From Glaucostegus cemiculus (taxonomy: Eukaryota): 64,000 nt of DNA. The position numbers and the translations under genes were made by a program. The notes under the pieces are model-generated. The model was given only the letters and a program-made list of their open reading frames with translations, was not told the origin of the DNA and made no database searches. Below are positions 36,540 through 50,269 of the stretch, piece by piece. The DNA lies in assembly GCA_976551045.1 (NCBI GenBank), contig CDPCPM010000233.1, positions 10,044,001-10,108,000 of the forward strand. Direction: 5' to 3'. Numbering within the stretch: the stretch's first letter is position 1; every line of letters starts with the position of its first letter.

Positions 36540-36918
36540 AACCCCATCCACAAACTGAAATTTTCTTTTGTTCCATTTCCAGCACATCATGGCTACAGTG
36601 TGCACCACCTACAGAAGTGCACCAAAGTTACTCACCAAAGCTACTCTGACAGGACCTCTCCAGCTTCTGACTTCTACCACTTGAAGGCTGGTCAGCAAGT
36701 TCATGAGAGCATCATAATCTGCATGTTCCCCTCTTATATTCTAGTGTTCCTTCATCGTCACTGGGTCTAACTCCTGGAGTTCCCTATCCAATAAAACTGT
36801 GGTAGTATCTTCATCAGAAGGACTGCAGAGTTTAGGAATGAGGCCAACCGCCAGAGACAATGTGGTGTGGGCATTAAAGTCTGACTTTGCATGCAACACC
36901 TGTATTTTGTAAATGAAT
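36540..36918 (+). mobile_element. Degenerate CR1/L2-group LINE 3' end
   Basis: GGCTACAGTGTGCACCACCTACA...GTTCCTTCATCGTCACTGGGTC..TCCTGG..TCCCT...GGACTGCAG...AATGAAT. Confidence 0.6.
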
Positions 36919-39900
36919 GTTAAAATCTGTCTTTCTGTATATTTCTGTCTCATTTTCCGATTTGTCTTTTGTGTGACATCTAACATGTATTTGTGCCTTG
37001 TGTGCCTATCTATTCCAATTGGATGGATTTGTTTCCTTCTGGGCCCATTAATTTCTAGAATATCCTGAGAATTTGTAAGTTATTATTTTTATTATAAGTT
37101 TGTCTTTTTATGCATTGTACTACCTGAAAGAACCCATAAAAGCTTTCAATGGAAGACTGAATAGAAGAATCTCCTGTTGAGTAGAGAATATTGGTGTCCA
37201 CCATTGTATGGATAAACTATTGTCTGTACCTCAAAATGACCCTTATCTTGAACTGAACTGGGTTCACTGCTCTGAGTGATCTTCATAAAATCTGATACTT
37301 CATAGATGTGAAATTTATAGTGCATACTTGGTATTTATGAGATTTGATAAGGCCTTCTCTAATTCTCCCAAAATCTAATGTGTTCTTTGGCAGAATTCTG
37401 AAAGACTGGGAAAATAATTATCAAAGTATCTATGATGCCTTCTATATCACGAAGGGAAATAATTTCACTTGGAAGTTTCAGGAGATTGAATATGGTCATC
37501 ATATGACTTGTTTTCATTTATCCATCTCAACACTGCTCCCCACTGACCCAAGGGAAAAGTACAGTAAATATTTCCCTTGTGAAATTCTTTACGGTGTACT
37601 GGAAAGTAATTTCAGAATAGAGAGCTTTATCAACAAAGCCAAATTTATTTTTAATCCAGTATTTGAAGACCTATTATGTTGAGATGCTTCTCTATGTCAG
37701 TGTTTTAAATCAATGGAGTTTAACTAGGAGGCAGTGAGATTACTAGGTAGCTCTGACATGGATGTGCCTATCAACCCAAAGTGCTTCATTGATTTTTGTA
37801 TCACTGATTTTTAAGACATGTTGCTTTGCTTTGATTTTGATTCCCTTTCTCTCTCCTCCCCTCTATTTTTGATAGGCACCTGATGAGGTAGCCTATCAAT
37901 GGACAGTTACATAAACAGTATGACGTCCTTTGATACTTATCTTGTCAAACTTATTACTTCTGACTTGCTGAGATGGATGTATTTCAATTATTCTCTCTGA
38001 TCTTAATTGATGAATGTTTGATGAGAACCAGGTGGTATACCTGTAACTGAAGGTTTTTAAATTAGGCCTATCAGTGGTGGGTTCCGTGTATTTTTTTTTA
38101 TCTTGAGCAAAAGAACAAAAATAAAGTCACATCTGGTGGCTCCTGACTGTGGAGCTGTTTATCACAAGTACTACAGAGATTACATCTTTCATTTTCAGAC
38201 TGACTCATGTCTTTCATTTATTCCTAGGGTAAAGGATCAAAGATTGTTTGTCCATGCAGTGTACAGCTACCACATGCAGTATGATTCAGACAAGTCTCCC
38301 AGACTCGTTTACACCCAATAGAACTGCCAACAAATATTTCTCTGGGATAATGGTATTTGAAAATGACTTATTTTAAATCTTAAATATGGTTGAGAAAGCA
38401 ACCAGCAATAATTTGATTTTATAGTGCCTGATGCTTCCCTATACCACATATTAAAGTGGAAAGACTATCCTTTCAGAAATGTGGCCAAAACATCATACTG
38501 AACAGAATGCAGTCATTTCTTTAATCCTTTCAGTTTCTTCAATCATTGAAAACACTGTTTTCAGTTATGAAAACTTGACTATCCAGATTATTTCCAAAAA
38601 TTTCTCTGTATATTTTTGAAAGATCCTTGTCCAAATACTTCTGGGTTTTGCTATATTCAGTATATGCATGATACCTAACATTGGGTAAACAGAATTATTT
38701 GATAGTAAGACGGCTGAGTAAGTACAGTAATGCTCAAATTAAGCTTCTTTGAAAAACCTCCCAGAGTATTGATTAAAGTCATCAATATCATTCAGTACAA
38801 CCAAAAACCTACAATGACTTTGGCCTAGAATATGCATCATAATTCCTATTCTATTGTCGTGTGTGGAGAAAATGGTTGCACATGAATGTGTTTTACATTG
38901 CCTAACATAAGACTTTATCCAATGCCTCATGTCATAAGTTTGCAGGTTAACCAACTGCATCATTTTAACTTGGGGTTGTAGGATAAAATGATTCAGTAAT
39001 GCTAAGGTATGTGTAAAGTAATAATAATGTTTCTTCCAAATTAATTAGAGATTTCCCAGCAACATTGTAGAAATAAATCACGTTTCAGTGCTTTTTTCAG
39101 TCTGAGGTGTAGCTTCCAAATTGTTGCAGGCTCAGTAAATAAATGCAAGCTCAAGGTTCAGAAGCATGTGATCCACACAGCATAAAAACAGAAAGGTCAA
39201 GCAGCTAATGTGCAAAGAGAAACAGAGTTAATATTTCAGGTTGAAGACACTTTACCAGATCTGGGAAAATGGGAAAATAAGTTGGTTTAAGCTTCCAAGC
39301 AGGTGGGTGGAGGGATGGGTTGCTGAGGTGATTCCAACCCTTATGGAGCCAGCTAGCAGTTGGAGAAAGCTGTTGCTGAACCTAAAACCAAAAGGAGAAT
39401 TCTGGAAATGCACAGTCTAGGAAGTGTCTTTGGAGAGAGGAAACCCAAGTTAATATTATAGATTACTGGGCTGTTCTACTAGACCGTTATCTGCTACAAA
39501 CAGAAAAAGTGAGTTGACATTGGGTCATGAAGCAAGATTTTTTTTTCATGTCCAGTAGTTGTGATCTGAGCATTGCAAGGAATGGGAATGACAGCATTTG
39601 ACCCCAAAATATGTCATCTTGATTTGAGTCCTAGACAAGATGCCTTCTCTTTGGTAGGGAAGTTAAATGGTATCACTGTCTGACAATTGGTCAATGCACT
39701 GGGTTGTTCCCTTGCAATTTAAATGTTGGAGTTTTTCAAAAATAACTTTCAATAGTGAAAGAAGGATGATATTCTGCTAAGTGTAAACAGACCCATTGCT
39801 CACATTTCACTAATTTCTATTTGTTTCTTTTAGATCTCTTTAACAACAAGTGTTAACACTAAAGTTACTAGACACCAATCTCTAAAACTAACTGGAGAGG

Positions 39901-42639
39901 GCAATAGACTTTAGGAATACTGTTCAGTAATATTGCAGAATGGAATGATTAATCTTTTACAAGACTGCAATTTTTTTTTCATCACATATAATCCTAGGGG
40001 ATATCTCATTTCAAGTCTGGTGTATAGTCAGAATCAAGATGTTCTCTGCTTCAACTAAAGGATCCATACCAAGACATTGTATTCTTGATTGTCTGTGGTG
40101 ATTTTGTGAAAGAGAAGTTGTAAAAAAAGTTTTCTTTACAGTAGTTTATCAAGCATGATTGTACATAGTTCTTAATGGTAAACAAGTGCAACATAAAGTC
40201 AAGACAAAAATCATCTGTTGTTCTCATTTGTATAGGAAAATTCCATCCCAGAGCATATTTAATAAATGGACGGATATATATATATACATTTATTATGCAT
40301 AATGAGTTAATATATTGCAAATATTCTGCTACTGCTATGTCAACCTTCTCTGCTTAATTGCTGCACCCTCCGATATACTTACAGTATTAGTTTGAACAGT
40401 TTATGGGAAAACTTGTCTCTCACTACATCACTGTTATAGTGATCCCAGTAAATGGGGGTTTGTAACCTCGTAGGATTGAATGAAAATGTATAATGAATGC
40501 AGAACTGTGCAATGAGTTCTCTTTTGCAATGTTATGTCGGTTATTATTTTGCATTTCCTTGTAGTGAATGAAGCATTTTAAAGGATTTTGATTCAAAAAA
40601 GCCATTGCATTTGGGTAACTTCAGCTATTTAATGTCTCTAAGCTCTACACCTTGCAATTGTTCTACTTCCCAAGTGTTTTAACTAAAGACAGGCAAAGTT
40701 TCCATTAAAAGCAGCAGTTCAGTTTGAAACTTCTGACCTTTCATTCTGGACCTACATCAGTTCATGATTAGTGTGAGAAATGGGAAAAATCAAATTTCAG
40801 CATCGACAACATGGGACTTCCAAATTACGCTGCCAAATGTGAACCTATTGATTTGAAATGATAAAACAACAATAAGAGTTCGGGGAATTTAAGCTACCTT
40901 TTTGGATATTTAATTGACTGAAATGTATTTTAGACTTCAAATGGTAATTTTATTATTTTCAAATATTTACATCTTTTACATTTGTTAACAGTATTCAGTT
41001 TTGGATAGTTTTTTATTTTTTTATTGGAAGTGTTAGAAACGTTCACAAACAGATTTTAAGCTTGGAGCAAGGTTTAAATAGTTGTTAATGCATTTCATGT
41101 GATTGCTAATTGATGGAGCCTTGCTTTGGGCTTCTACAATCAGACTGAAACTGGCTTCTTTTTACAGGAGTTTACACTGCACACAGTCCTGCAAAGAATG
41201 GTTAACAGAAAAGTGATTAGTCACCCTAGATTGCAAATCTCAAATTAAAACATTGACACTTACTGATAGGAAGCATCTTCATACCTTCTAAACCTGATGT
41301 ACTACTGACCTTGATGAAGCTTTTAATTTTATAGTAAATGGCAATAAAATAAATTGCAATATTTGCAAAATTAAGGTGTTCAGTTTTATTGTGTTGAGCG
41401 ACAAAAAAGAGATGGGTTGAACTCCGTTTTGGTGATGGAGTACAACACACGGTCATTATATAGCACATTTAGTGCTGCCAGCTGGGGTTGAATTTCTCAC
41501 CATTTGTGCTTTGCCTGAACATTGTCAGCACAAAACCCAAAACAGATGGTCTCAGTTTGAGAATACAAATAAATTGTTTGATAAGTGTCAGTGAACAGCA
41601 ATGCATAAAGAAAAATGTACAGTGCTCAGGATTCTGCAATCTAAAAGTGGATGTAACCTGGAGTAAAGAGCATTTGTGATCATTTACGAATAAAATCATG
41701 GCAATTGGACCCTGTATGTCTGGTCCATGCTTCCTTGACTGATGTTTCCCAGTGTTGGATCTGCACCACATGATGAAAGTCACCATGCAATATGCATGTG
41801 AATCCTTCCAGATATAACCTTTTGAGCTTCCCTTTGCAGAAAATGCTGGCCCTTTGATAGTCACACAAAAACAAATACCATTTGAGTTCTACTTTTGGGT
41901 ACCATTTATTGGGCTACTTGGCTCACAATAGGACACCTCACATGGCATTCCAAATGCTGGAGAACACTGAATCACCTCTCAAAATGCACAAGCTATGCTT
42001 CAACTAGCAATGGGTGCTGTTTGGAGAGGTTAGCTGCAGAGGAACTCATTTGTTGGTGTTCTCTGTGATCTCTGTCCATGGGGAGGAACAATGTCTCCTC
42101 TAGTCTGATGAGGAAGTGCACCTGAGAGAGTCCTGCCCTGTTCTGGTCGCCCTGTCTCCTCTTCCTAGCAGTTTCTGTCTCATTACAGAAAATGAACTTT
42201 TTTAAGAATATGGAACATAGAACAATACAGAACAGAAGCAGGCACATTGAACTATTTAAGCTAATGACACCTGTCTGCACATGGTCCATATACCTCCATT
42301 CTCTGCATATTCATGTGCCTATCAAAGAGCCTATTAAATGCCTCTGTTGTATCTGCCTCTGGCAGCACATTCCAGGCACCCACCACTCTGTGTTTTTAAT
42401 AAAACCTTACTCTCCATATGTCCTTTGAACTTTCCCCCTCTCACCTTAAATGCATGCTTTCTAGTATCAGATATTTCAACCCAAGGAAAAAGATACCAGC
42501 TCTATCCATGCATATCATAATTTGATAAACTTCTATTGAGGAAACAAAGGATTGCAGATGCTGGAATCTAGGTGAAAAACACTGTGATGCTAGAGAAACT
42601 CAACAGGCCAGGCAACATCTGTGGAGAAAAGCAGGCAGT

Positions 42640-42884
42640 TTTTGGTTTTGGTTTATTACTGTCACTCGTACTGAGGTACAGTGAAAAACTTGTCTTGCAT
42701 ACCGTTCGTACAGAACAATTCACTACACAGTGCATTGAGGTTGTACAGGGTAAAAACAATAACAGAATACAGAGTAAAGTGTCACAGCTACAGGGAAGTG
42801 CAATGCAGGTAGGCAATAAGGTGCAAGGTCATAACAAGGTATATTGTGAGATCAAGAGTCCATCTCATCGTATAAGGGAACTAT
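42640..42884 (-). mobile_element. Rex1/Babar-like LINE 3' UTR
   Basis: Closely matches 47233-47480. Confidence 0.85.
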
Positions 42885-42913
42885 CACTGCTCTGCTTCCC
42901 CTTTTCCTATCTT

Positions 42914-42951
42914 CAGTCCTGAAGATGGGTCCTGATCCAAAACGTTGACTG
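42914..42951 (+). ncRNA. Degenerate minimal type-I hammerhead ribozyme
   Basis: CAGTC-CTGAAGA-tGGGTCctGATCC-aAAA-CGT-T-GACTG: stem I CAGTC/GACTG, CUGANGA core, stem II, G12 mutated to A, palindromic ACGT stem III. Confidence 0.55.
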
Positions 42952-44189
42952 CCTGCTTTTCCCCACGGATGCTGCCTGGCCTGCTGAGTTCCTCCAGCAC
43001 CATCATATTTTTCAACTTCTATCAGGTCTCCCCCTCTGCCTCCACTTCTCCTCAGAAAACAAACCTAGTTTTGGTCACATATTTGTATCAATGTGTGGTG
43101 GGCATAGGGATGGGGTTGAAAGCATCATCTATGTGTGTGTCAACATTACACAGGGTACTTATGGTGGTTTAGAGGTCACTGTAACATTTTTGTCAGTGTT
43201 GGAGAACAGCTCCATTGTGATGTCCCCTTCCTGTCAAGTATCACATTTGCCAGCACTTCAGTGTTGCTCTTCAAGAACCTTGGTTGTCTCTCTGCATTCT
43301 GCCATCTCTCGCTCTCCTCCATGGCAGATACAATGCACGTTGCTTCAGTCCAGCTGCCATGGGATGTGTGCCTTTTGGAGCTAACACCCTTCTCCGATTG
43401 CTGCACAGCAACAAGCTGGCAACTGTGATAAGCTGAAAGTGCTTCCCTCAGGCCATGATTTAGCACTTTGTTTTGTGTGGAAGCAATGCTAATCCTGTTG
43501 CACACTAGCTTGCAGCCGATTTCACAAATATGTTGAAGGTCTTAATTTAGTGGTGTGACAATATTTTAGTGCACCAAAAATAGTGAGATCTCACTTCTCA
43601 ATGCTTGCTGATAAGGCAGCATCTTATAAGTTCTGCTTCTAAAATTTGGTCAAATCAGTTGATTTCTTGCTTAAGTCCCAAGGCCAAAAGTGGGATACAT
43701 GCTCCATGAATGGAAAAAGAGTTTTGGAATGAGTTTGATTAACACCAGTGAATGTTTCTTTCTGATACCCCAGTATATTTTTCAAGCCTTGAAATTGTAA
43801 TTGAAAATTGACAATGAAAAGGATAAGGATCACACACAAATATGATGTTACCTGAGCTAACAATCACCTACCAGACAAAATGAGGGACACTTCACTCTTC
43901 CATTACAATCTGAGTGATGGTCAAGAAAATGGAGTGTGTGGTTACTGGTGAAGGAACAGTGCCTCTGACAGACACTTCTGGATTTCTGCATTTAAGTATA
44001 TACATGCAAATGCTGCCTGGTGCTGACCAATTTAATTCAAAGTAGCAGGGAGCATTGTTAGTCCCACCACTGTTTTTACCTGCTGTTATGTTTTACAGTG
44101 CCCAAATGTCTTATATCATTTGATGGTTCAGGTGTTTACAGCATGGAACCATAAAGCAAGCTTAGAAGCCTCCATTTCTTCAGGAGGCT

Positions 44190-45065
44190 AAAAAAAATTA
44201 GCATGTCCCTGTTGACCCTCACCAATTTTTATAGGTACACCGTAGAAAGCATCCTATCCAGATGCATCACAGCTTGATATGGCAACTGCTTTGACTGTGA
44301 CCGCAAGAAACTGCAGAGAGTTGTGGACACAGCTCAGCACATCATGAAACCCTCCAAGGACTCTATCTATACCTCAGTAAAGCAGCCAACATGATCAAAG
44401 ACCTCATCCACCCCAGAAATTCTCTCTTCTACCCCCTCCCATTGAGTAGAAGATACAAAAGCCCATAAGCACATACTACCAGGCTCATGGACACCTTCTA
44501 TCCTGTTGTTAGAATATAGAACACTACAGCACAGTACAAGCCCTTTGGCCTATAATGTGGTGCCAACATTTTATCCTACTCTAAGATCTATCTAACCCTT
44601 CCCTCCCACATAGACCCCTATTTTTCTTTCATTTCTGTGTCTAGCTAAGAGTCTCTTAAATGTCCCTAATGTATCTGCCCCCACAAACTCTGCTGGCAGT
44701 GCATTCCACACACCCACCACTTTCTGTGTAAAAAAAATCTTACCCCTAACATCTCCCTTATACTTTCCTCCAATCACCTTAAAATTATGTCCCCTTGTGT
44801 TAGCCATTGTTGCACTGAGAAGACTATTGAATAGTTCTCTTACACGATAAGATGGACTCTACTTTATCATGGCCTTGCACCTTATTGTCTGCCTGCACTG
44901 CACTTTCTCTGTAATTGCAACACATTGTTCTGCATTTTGTTATTACCTTTCCCTTGTGCTATCTCAATGAATAGCTGTGGTGAAATGATCTGTATGGATG
45001 GCATGCAAAACAAAGTTTCTCACTGTACCTCAGAACTTGTGACAATAATAAACCAATTTACCAAG
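44190..45065 (+). mobile_element. Rex1/Babar-like LINE 3' portion, interrupted by CR1
   Basis: TNFYRYTVESILSRCITA*YGNC...RKKLQRVVDTAQHI (DUF1891-type region); tail GTGACAATAATAAACCAATTTACCAA. Confidence 0.85.
44511..44817 (-). mobile_element. CR1 3' end nested in the Rex1-like LINE
   Basis: ORF MANTRGHNFKVIGGKYKGDVRGKIFFTQKVVGVWNALP...TFKRLL is the CR1 ORF2 C-terminus; followed by a GGCCAAAGGGCTTGTACTGTGCTGTAGTGTTCTAT tail. Confidence 0.9.
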
Positions 45066-45149
45066 TTATAAGGCAAGCACCATGAACCCACCTTGGGATT
45101 CATAAGATAGATGCATAATTTTGTGAAATTTAACAGTAGGACATCCGTC

Positions 45150-45490
45150 CAACAGCTCCAGTGACCTGGGTTCCCTTCCGACCTTTAGTGCTGTCTGTGT
45201 GGACTTTGTACATTCTTCCTGTGAGCAGGTGAGTTTCCTCTGGGTGCTCCAATTTCCTCCCACATTCCAAAAGTGTGCAAGTTGGTCGTCAGTTAACTGG
45301 CTACTGCAAAATGTGCCGAGTGTGTAGATGAACGGTAGAATGTGGTGGGGGGGTGGGGGGGAGGGGGAGATCTGATGGGAACGTGGAGACAATAAATGAG
45401 TTTGTGTAGAATTCATTTACATGGGTGCTTGATGGTCTGCACAGACTTTACAGGCTAAATGGTCTGCTTCTGTGCCCTATCTCTGATTCT
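45150..45490 (+). mobile_element. Older V-domain SINE with CR1-like tail
   Basis: ACAGCTCCAGTGACCTGGGTTC..GAGTTTCCTCTGGGTGCTCC..TTTCCTCCCACA...GGCTAAATGGTCTGCTTCTGTGCCCTATCTCT. Confidence 0.8.
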
Positions 45491-47059
45491 GTATATCATA
45501 ATTATTTTAATACTGTCATAAATAAACAACATTTTGCTCCAAGACAATTGTAATTTAATTTTATTTATGTTGAGTAAAGAAAATATATGTAGCCTTCATA
45601 TTTCACATGAAAGCTAAAGGTCGTAGCAGAGTAATGTGGCGAAGCTCTATAGATTTGGGCAAATGCATTGTACAACATAGCCTTATTGTCATCCAAAGCC
45701 CAGACTGACCCTCACAAGATGGAGAGAGAGAGATCACAAATCACTGGAGCACAGACGCTCTCATTTGCTTTTGTCATTAGAACAGGAAAGGCTGTATCCA
45801 ATTTTGAAGGTAACAATGCAGCCAGTGTCTTCTGCAGAGAGGGTCAGTTGTCTTCCATTGACTGAAGGCTCAGGAGATAGTGTGTGTGCTGACAGGAAAT
45901 GCAATCTTGCATATGCTTACGTTGAACCTTGCTTGCCGTCTTCAAAGAATCATTAAACTTCTATCAGGAATATTTTCTCTTGGCTTGAACAATAATAACT
46001 TATTGTATAAACATTGAAGTAGCTTCAGTAGGACTAGCTTTATTTATTTAAAGAATTTAAAGAACTGACACTTGAGCTGAGCATGGGAATGATGCCATGG
46101 TATCTCTCATTCCATTTGCAGAGCCCCTTATCGTTGGAAAAAAATGTAGTTCTAGGGATTGAGATTCAGTGGTACATGGTTTGCTACAGTGACTTTGTTA
46201 TTCTGTGTAGTTTTGTCACAGGACATCTGGATGTCAATGTCGGCAGTGCCTCAATGTGAGCAAACCTTCAGAAACAACTCATTTCTATGCAGCCATGAGG
46301 AGCACAAGCTTCAGCTCTTACTTCCCTTGCCTGTCTTGGGGTATGTTATTTCTGTGGCTGCCTCCCAATGCAAGGATACAAATGGCTTTTCTGCAAATGA
46401 AGGCCAAAATCTCAAGGTCTTAGGGTCTTGCTTCTAAATGTAACTGATCCCATACAGTTAATAAGGTTAAGCACTCTACAAATGAGAGCACTTGCCCATA
46501 CCTAGGCAGGGCATTTAACTAACAGAGAAATCAGATCACTTTTGGCTGCTGCTTTACTTGTGAAATTGATCCTGGTAAAGGTATCCACTGAGCTGGATGA
46601 TTGAAGCCTCTTTAAATGTCCCAGGTGATAGAAATCTGCAAGGCTGCTTAATGGAAGAAGCTGTTTGCTGTGAGAAGCTGGATCGAGTTTGGAGAGCAAT
46701 TTTTTTTTTAACTAGCAGCTGTGATGCATCCAGGCTATTGTGAAACTTGGCTGACAGTTTAAGGATCCATCACAGAGGAAGCCACAGAATAATAATCTAA
46801 TATTGAGACATAAAGAACATCCAAGAACACCTTTGTCAAGTCTGAGTCTAACATTGTATAGCTGGCAGGTATTTCCAGTCTGTTGACAGAGGCCTTACAT
46901 GGCAAAAGATAACCTTGTGTTCAGACAGTGAGCACTTTGGAGTTGATCTGTAGAATAAATGGGAAACTGTCAAACCTATGTCACCTGCATACTAGAAGCA
47001 CAAGCACTCCAACCTCGGTTAACAGTAGACAGATAATGTTTCCATACGTGCATAATCGG

Positions 47060-47960
47060 AGGCTGAGCAAGTTATTGATGACTCGTTAACTGAACTGTAT
47101 TAGGAAATGGGACTTGCATTGAACATCCACAAAGCAAAGGTCCTTTTTCAAACTGCCTCCCAACAATAAAGCTCTGTTACATAGACCTGTTCCCATATCT
47201 TTGGAGCCACCTCCCAGCAAAGGCAGACATTGGTATTGGTATTGGTTTATTATTGTCACTTGTACCGAGGTACAGTGAAAAGCTTGTCTTGCAAACCGTT
47301 CATACAGATCAATTCATTACACAGTGCATTGAGGTAGTGCAGGGTAAAAGCAACATTAGAATACAGAGTAAAGTGTCACAGCTACAGGGAAGTCCATTGC
47401 AGGTACACAGTAAGGTGGAGGTCAAACAAGGTAGATTGTGAGGTCAAGAGTCCATCTCCTCATATAAGGGAAACATTCAATAGTCTTATTGCCATGGGAT
47501 AGAAGCTGTCCTTGAGCCTGGTGGTATGTGCCCTCAGGCTCCTGTATCTTCTGCCTGATGGGAGAGGAGAGAAGAGAGAATGACCCGTGTGGGTGGGGTC
47601 TTTGATTATGCTGGCTGCTTCACCAAGGCAGCAAGAGGTATAGACAGAGTCCATGGAGGGAGGGGAGGCTAGTTTCTGTTATGTGCTGGGCTGTGTCCAC
47701 AACTCTCTGCAGTTTCTTGCGGTCCTGGGCAGAGCAGTTGCCAATGCCATTGATGATGAAATTCATCACCACCTCCAGTGGGCTTACACGACTTTTGGTT
47801 TTCTGAGGAAAAGAGTGTTCAAAGATCAAGACCTAAAAACCTGGCATAATGCTCATGGCCCATGGTGCAGCAGTCATGTTTGCCCACCTGTAAGCTTTGG
47901 AGCCATGGACAATCTGCAGAGTGGGCATCAAAGAACTAGAGGAGTACCACCAATCCTGTC
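47060..47960 (+). mobile_element. RTE-clade LINE fragment split by a Rex1-like insertion
   Basis: FPYLWSHLPAKADI|DDEIHHHLQWAYTTFGFLRKRVFKDQDLK reads through once the insert and one CATTG copy are removed. Confidence 0.8.
47233..47747 (-). mobile_element. 5'-truncated Rex1/Babar-like LINE with CATTG TSD
   Basis: GNCSAQDRKKLQRVVDTAQHITETSLPS / MDSVYTSCCLGEAASIIKDPTH..LPSGRRYRSL..TTRLKDSFYP; TSD at 47228-47232 and 47748-47752. Confidence 0.92.
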
Positions 47961-48019
47961 ATAAATCTTTAGAATTCTCTGCTTCAAAGTGAGATGCCAA
48001 TAGACAGGAAAGTGGAATT

Positions 48020-48295
48020 GAGACCTGGGTTCATTTCTAACTGCTGTCTGTAAAGAGTTTGTACTTTGTCCCCGTGTCTGTGTGGGTTTCCTCCAGGTGC
48101 TCTGGTTTCCTCCAGGTGCTCCAGTTTCCTCCTACATTCCAAAAGTGTACAGGTTAGGAAACTGTGGGCATGTTATGTTGGCACCGGAAACGTGGCAACA
48201 CTTGCGGGCTGCCCCCAGAACACTCTACGCAAAAAGATGTATTTCACTGTGTGTTTCAATGTACATGTGACTAATAAAAGATATCTTATCATATC
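48020..48295 (+). mobile_element. V-domain SINE, tail type A, with duplicated core motif
   Basis: GGTTTCCTCCAGGTGCTC occurs twice in tandem; tail matches the 9327 copy. Confidence 0.88.
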
Positions 48296-48519
48296 TGAAA
48301 TTGGTAATTCTTTCCGCAAGCCATCAGAACTGCGAAATCTCTCATTCCTCCACCTTCCTTGTTAACACTAAGGGATGCTAGGTGCACAGAAATGCACCAG
48401 CACTTTAAATGCCCGCCACCAGCTCGTTCACTTTAATAACTATATATTTAATTACCTGCCGTATTTAATTTAACCTGCAATATTTAATTTAATTTAAACT
48501 TCCATAGTTTTTCATGTTT

Positions 48520-48658
48520 TTTTTGTTCAGTGTGTCTGTGTGTCTCTGCTGTTTGTTATTTAATGGGACGAGCACCTGAGGAGGACAGTATCTCGCTCCT
48601 ATGCATACTATGTATGTATATGGTTGTGATAATAAAACTGATTCTGATTCTGATTCTA
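48520..48658 (+). mobile_element. LINE 3' tail ending in (TGATTC)n
   Basis: GTGATAATAAAAC followed by TGATTCTGATTCTGATTCT. Confidence 0.55.
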
Positions 48659-50269
48659 ATGAATGTATTAAGTGGTGGAACAGGCTTGAGGGGCTGAGTG
48701 GCCTATTCTTGCTCGTAATTTGTCTGTTCATATTTCTAGGCCTTGATGTTCTTTCAGCATGTGAGCTGGTTTTTGAATTAAATTAGCATCTGAGTGTGTG
48801 GATCTGAATCTGTAACAGCTGATCTGGCCGACTTTAGGACTTTTAAAATAGATGATGAAATGGCTTGACTCCAGACTCTGAATTTAGTTTTATGCTTTTC
48901 CTGCTGAGTATTTGTGGCTCCCATGGTGACAGGCTATCTTTGTACTGCAGAAAGTTTAGTCTAGAGCAGTGAAACTGATGTAAATCCCGGACTAACCCAG
49001 CAGGTGTGACTTAAATTACAAATGTTCATAAGCCACCAATTATTGAAACTAAAAAGTGAGGGGACCGTCTAATGATATGTTGATATGAATTTGTTAAATA
49101 CCTTTGCTATTTGGTGTGTATAGCATTAACTTACTGAATGTTCTTGTTAACCGACTATTCAGAAATGTTAGTTTAGTTTTTACTGCATAAATGGAAACTT
49201 TTCCAGCTCAATGATTTCATTTGTTATCACTATTATAAATACATTGAAAATCTTAGCATTTGCCCATTCATTTTGCACATATCTTATCCAGACATCTTCA
49301 CTTTGACAGTTTACCTTCCTTCCAGGGGTTGTCAGTGCTACAGAAATTGGTGCATTTCTATATTGAAAAATGTAGATGCTAACCCAAAGAAATATTGGGG
49401 AGAAAATGCTGGTTATGCTCAGCAGATCAGGCAACATCATAGATAAAGAAAGAGTTAATGTTTCAGGTTAATAACTTTTCATCAAAGTTAGGAACGTAAT
49501 GGTCTAGAAATTGTAGTGCACCCAAACAAATATATTACATTAAGGCATTCATGATGATTTTTATCTTGGGCCTACTGATGTGAATTAAATTAGTGCCCCA
49601 GACCTATATTTGAGACTTATGATCTAGCATAAGATTGGAGGAAAAGAGGTGAGGGGGGTGCAAGGAGTGCCAGTGGCCAGGGATGATCATCGGTGCATTA
49701 AGTTGGATTGCCAAAAAATGTAGGTAGTTAGGGAAAATAAGGGAGGAGATTTCAGGAATAATTGAGCCCTGTGAGCTGGGATGAGGAGGGATACTTCAAC
49801 TAATGATCAGTGCTTGGTAAGGGAGGAACTTTAATCAGTGATGTGGATGTGGAGGAGGATTTTCTCTGAGGATTAGGACCTGGGATTGGGAGGAGTGATC
49901 AGGTGACAGGACACAGACAGGGAGTTGTGGGTGGAAACTGGATACTACTTCAGGGCCTGGGAAGATGGATGGTTTTGAGGGAAGAAAAGTTGGTGGAGGT
50001 GGGATCTCACTTATGGGCATCAGGGAACCAGTGGATTTCAAAACATTGGAGGATCCTAGAGAGTTGGACGATTAGCAAGTGTTAAGAGTTTTGTGCTGTG
50101 AGTAGCTCCTCTATTAGAAAAATGAAGCAAGTTCGGAAGGTCAGGGTATCAGAGGCTGGGGCTGGGTAGGGTGGACGCAGCAAGGGATCAGAGACTCGGG
50201 ACAATTGGGTGATCGGGTGGATGGTTGTAGAGTTGGGAGTGAAATCAAGGTAGGGGCTATGGTGTTGGG

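Larger units (their letters stand above)
42537..43013 (+). mobile_element. Penelope-derived inverted-repeat element with hammerhead motif and 9-bp TSD
   Basis: AACTTCTAT at 42528-42536 and 43014-43022; left arm ~42575-42639 is complementary to right arm ~42948-43012. Confidence 0.8.
42210..43080 (-). mobile_element. CR1 3' end split by the insertion at 42537-43013
   Basis: Tail (CATAGAACAATACAG) and CTGGCAGCACATTCCAGGCACCCACCACTCTGTG; resumes as ATCAGGTCTCCCCCTC after the TSD. Confidence 0.8.
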
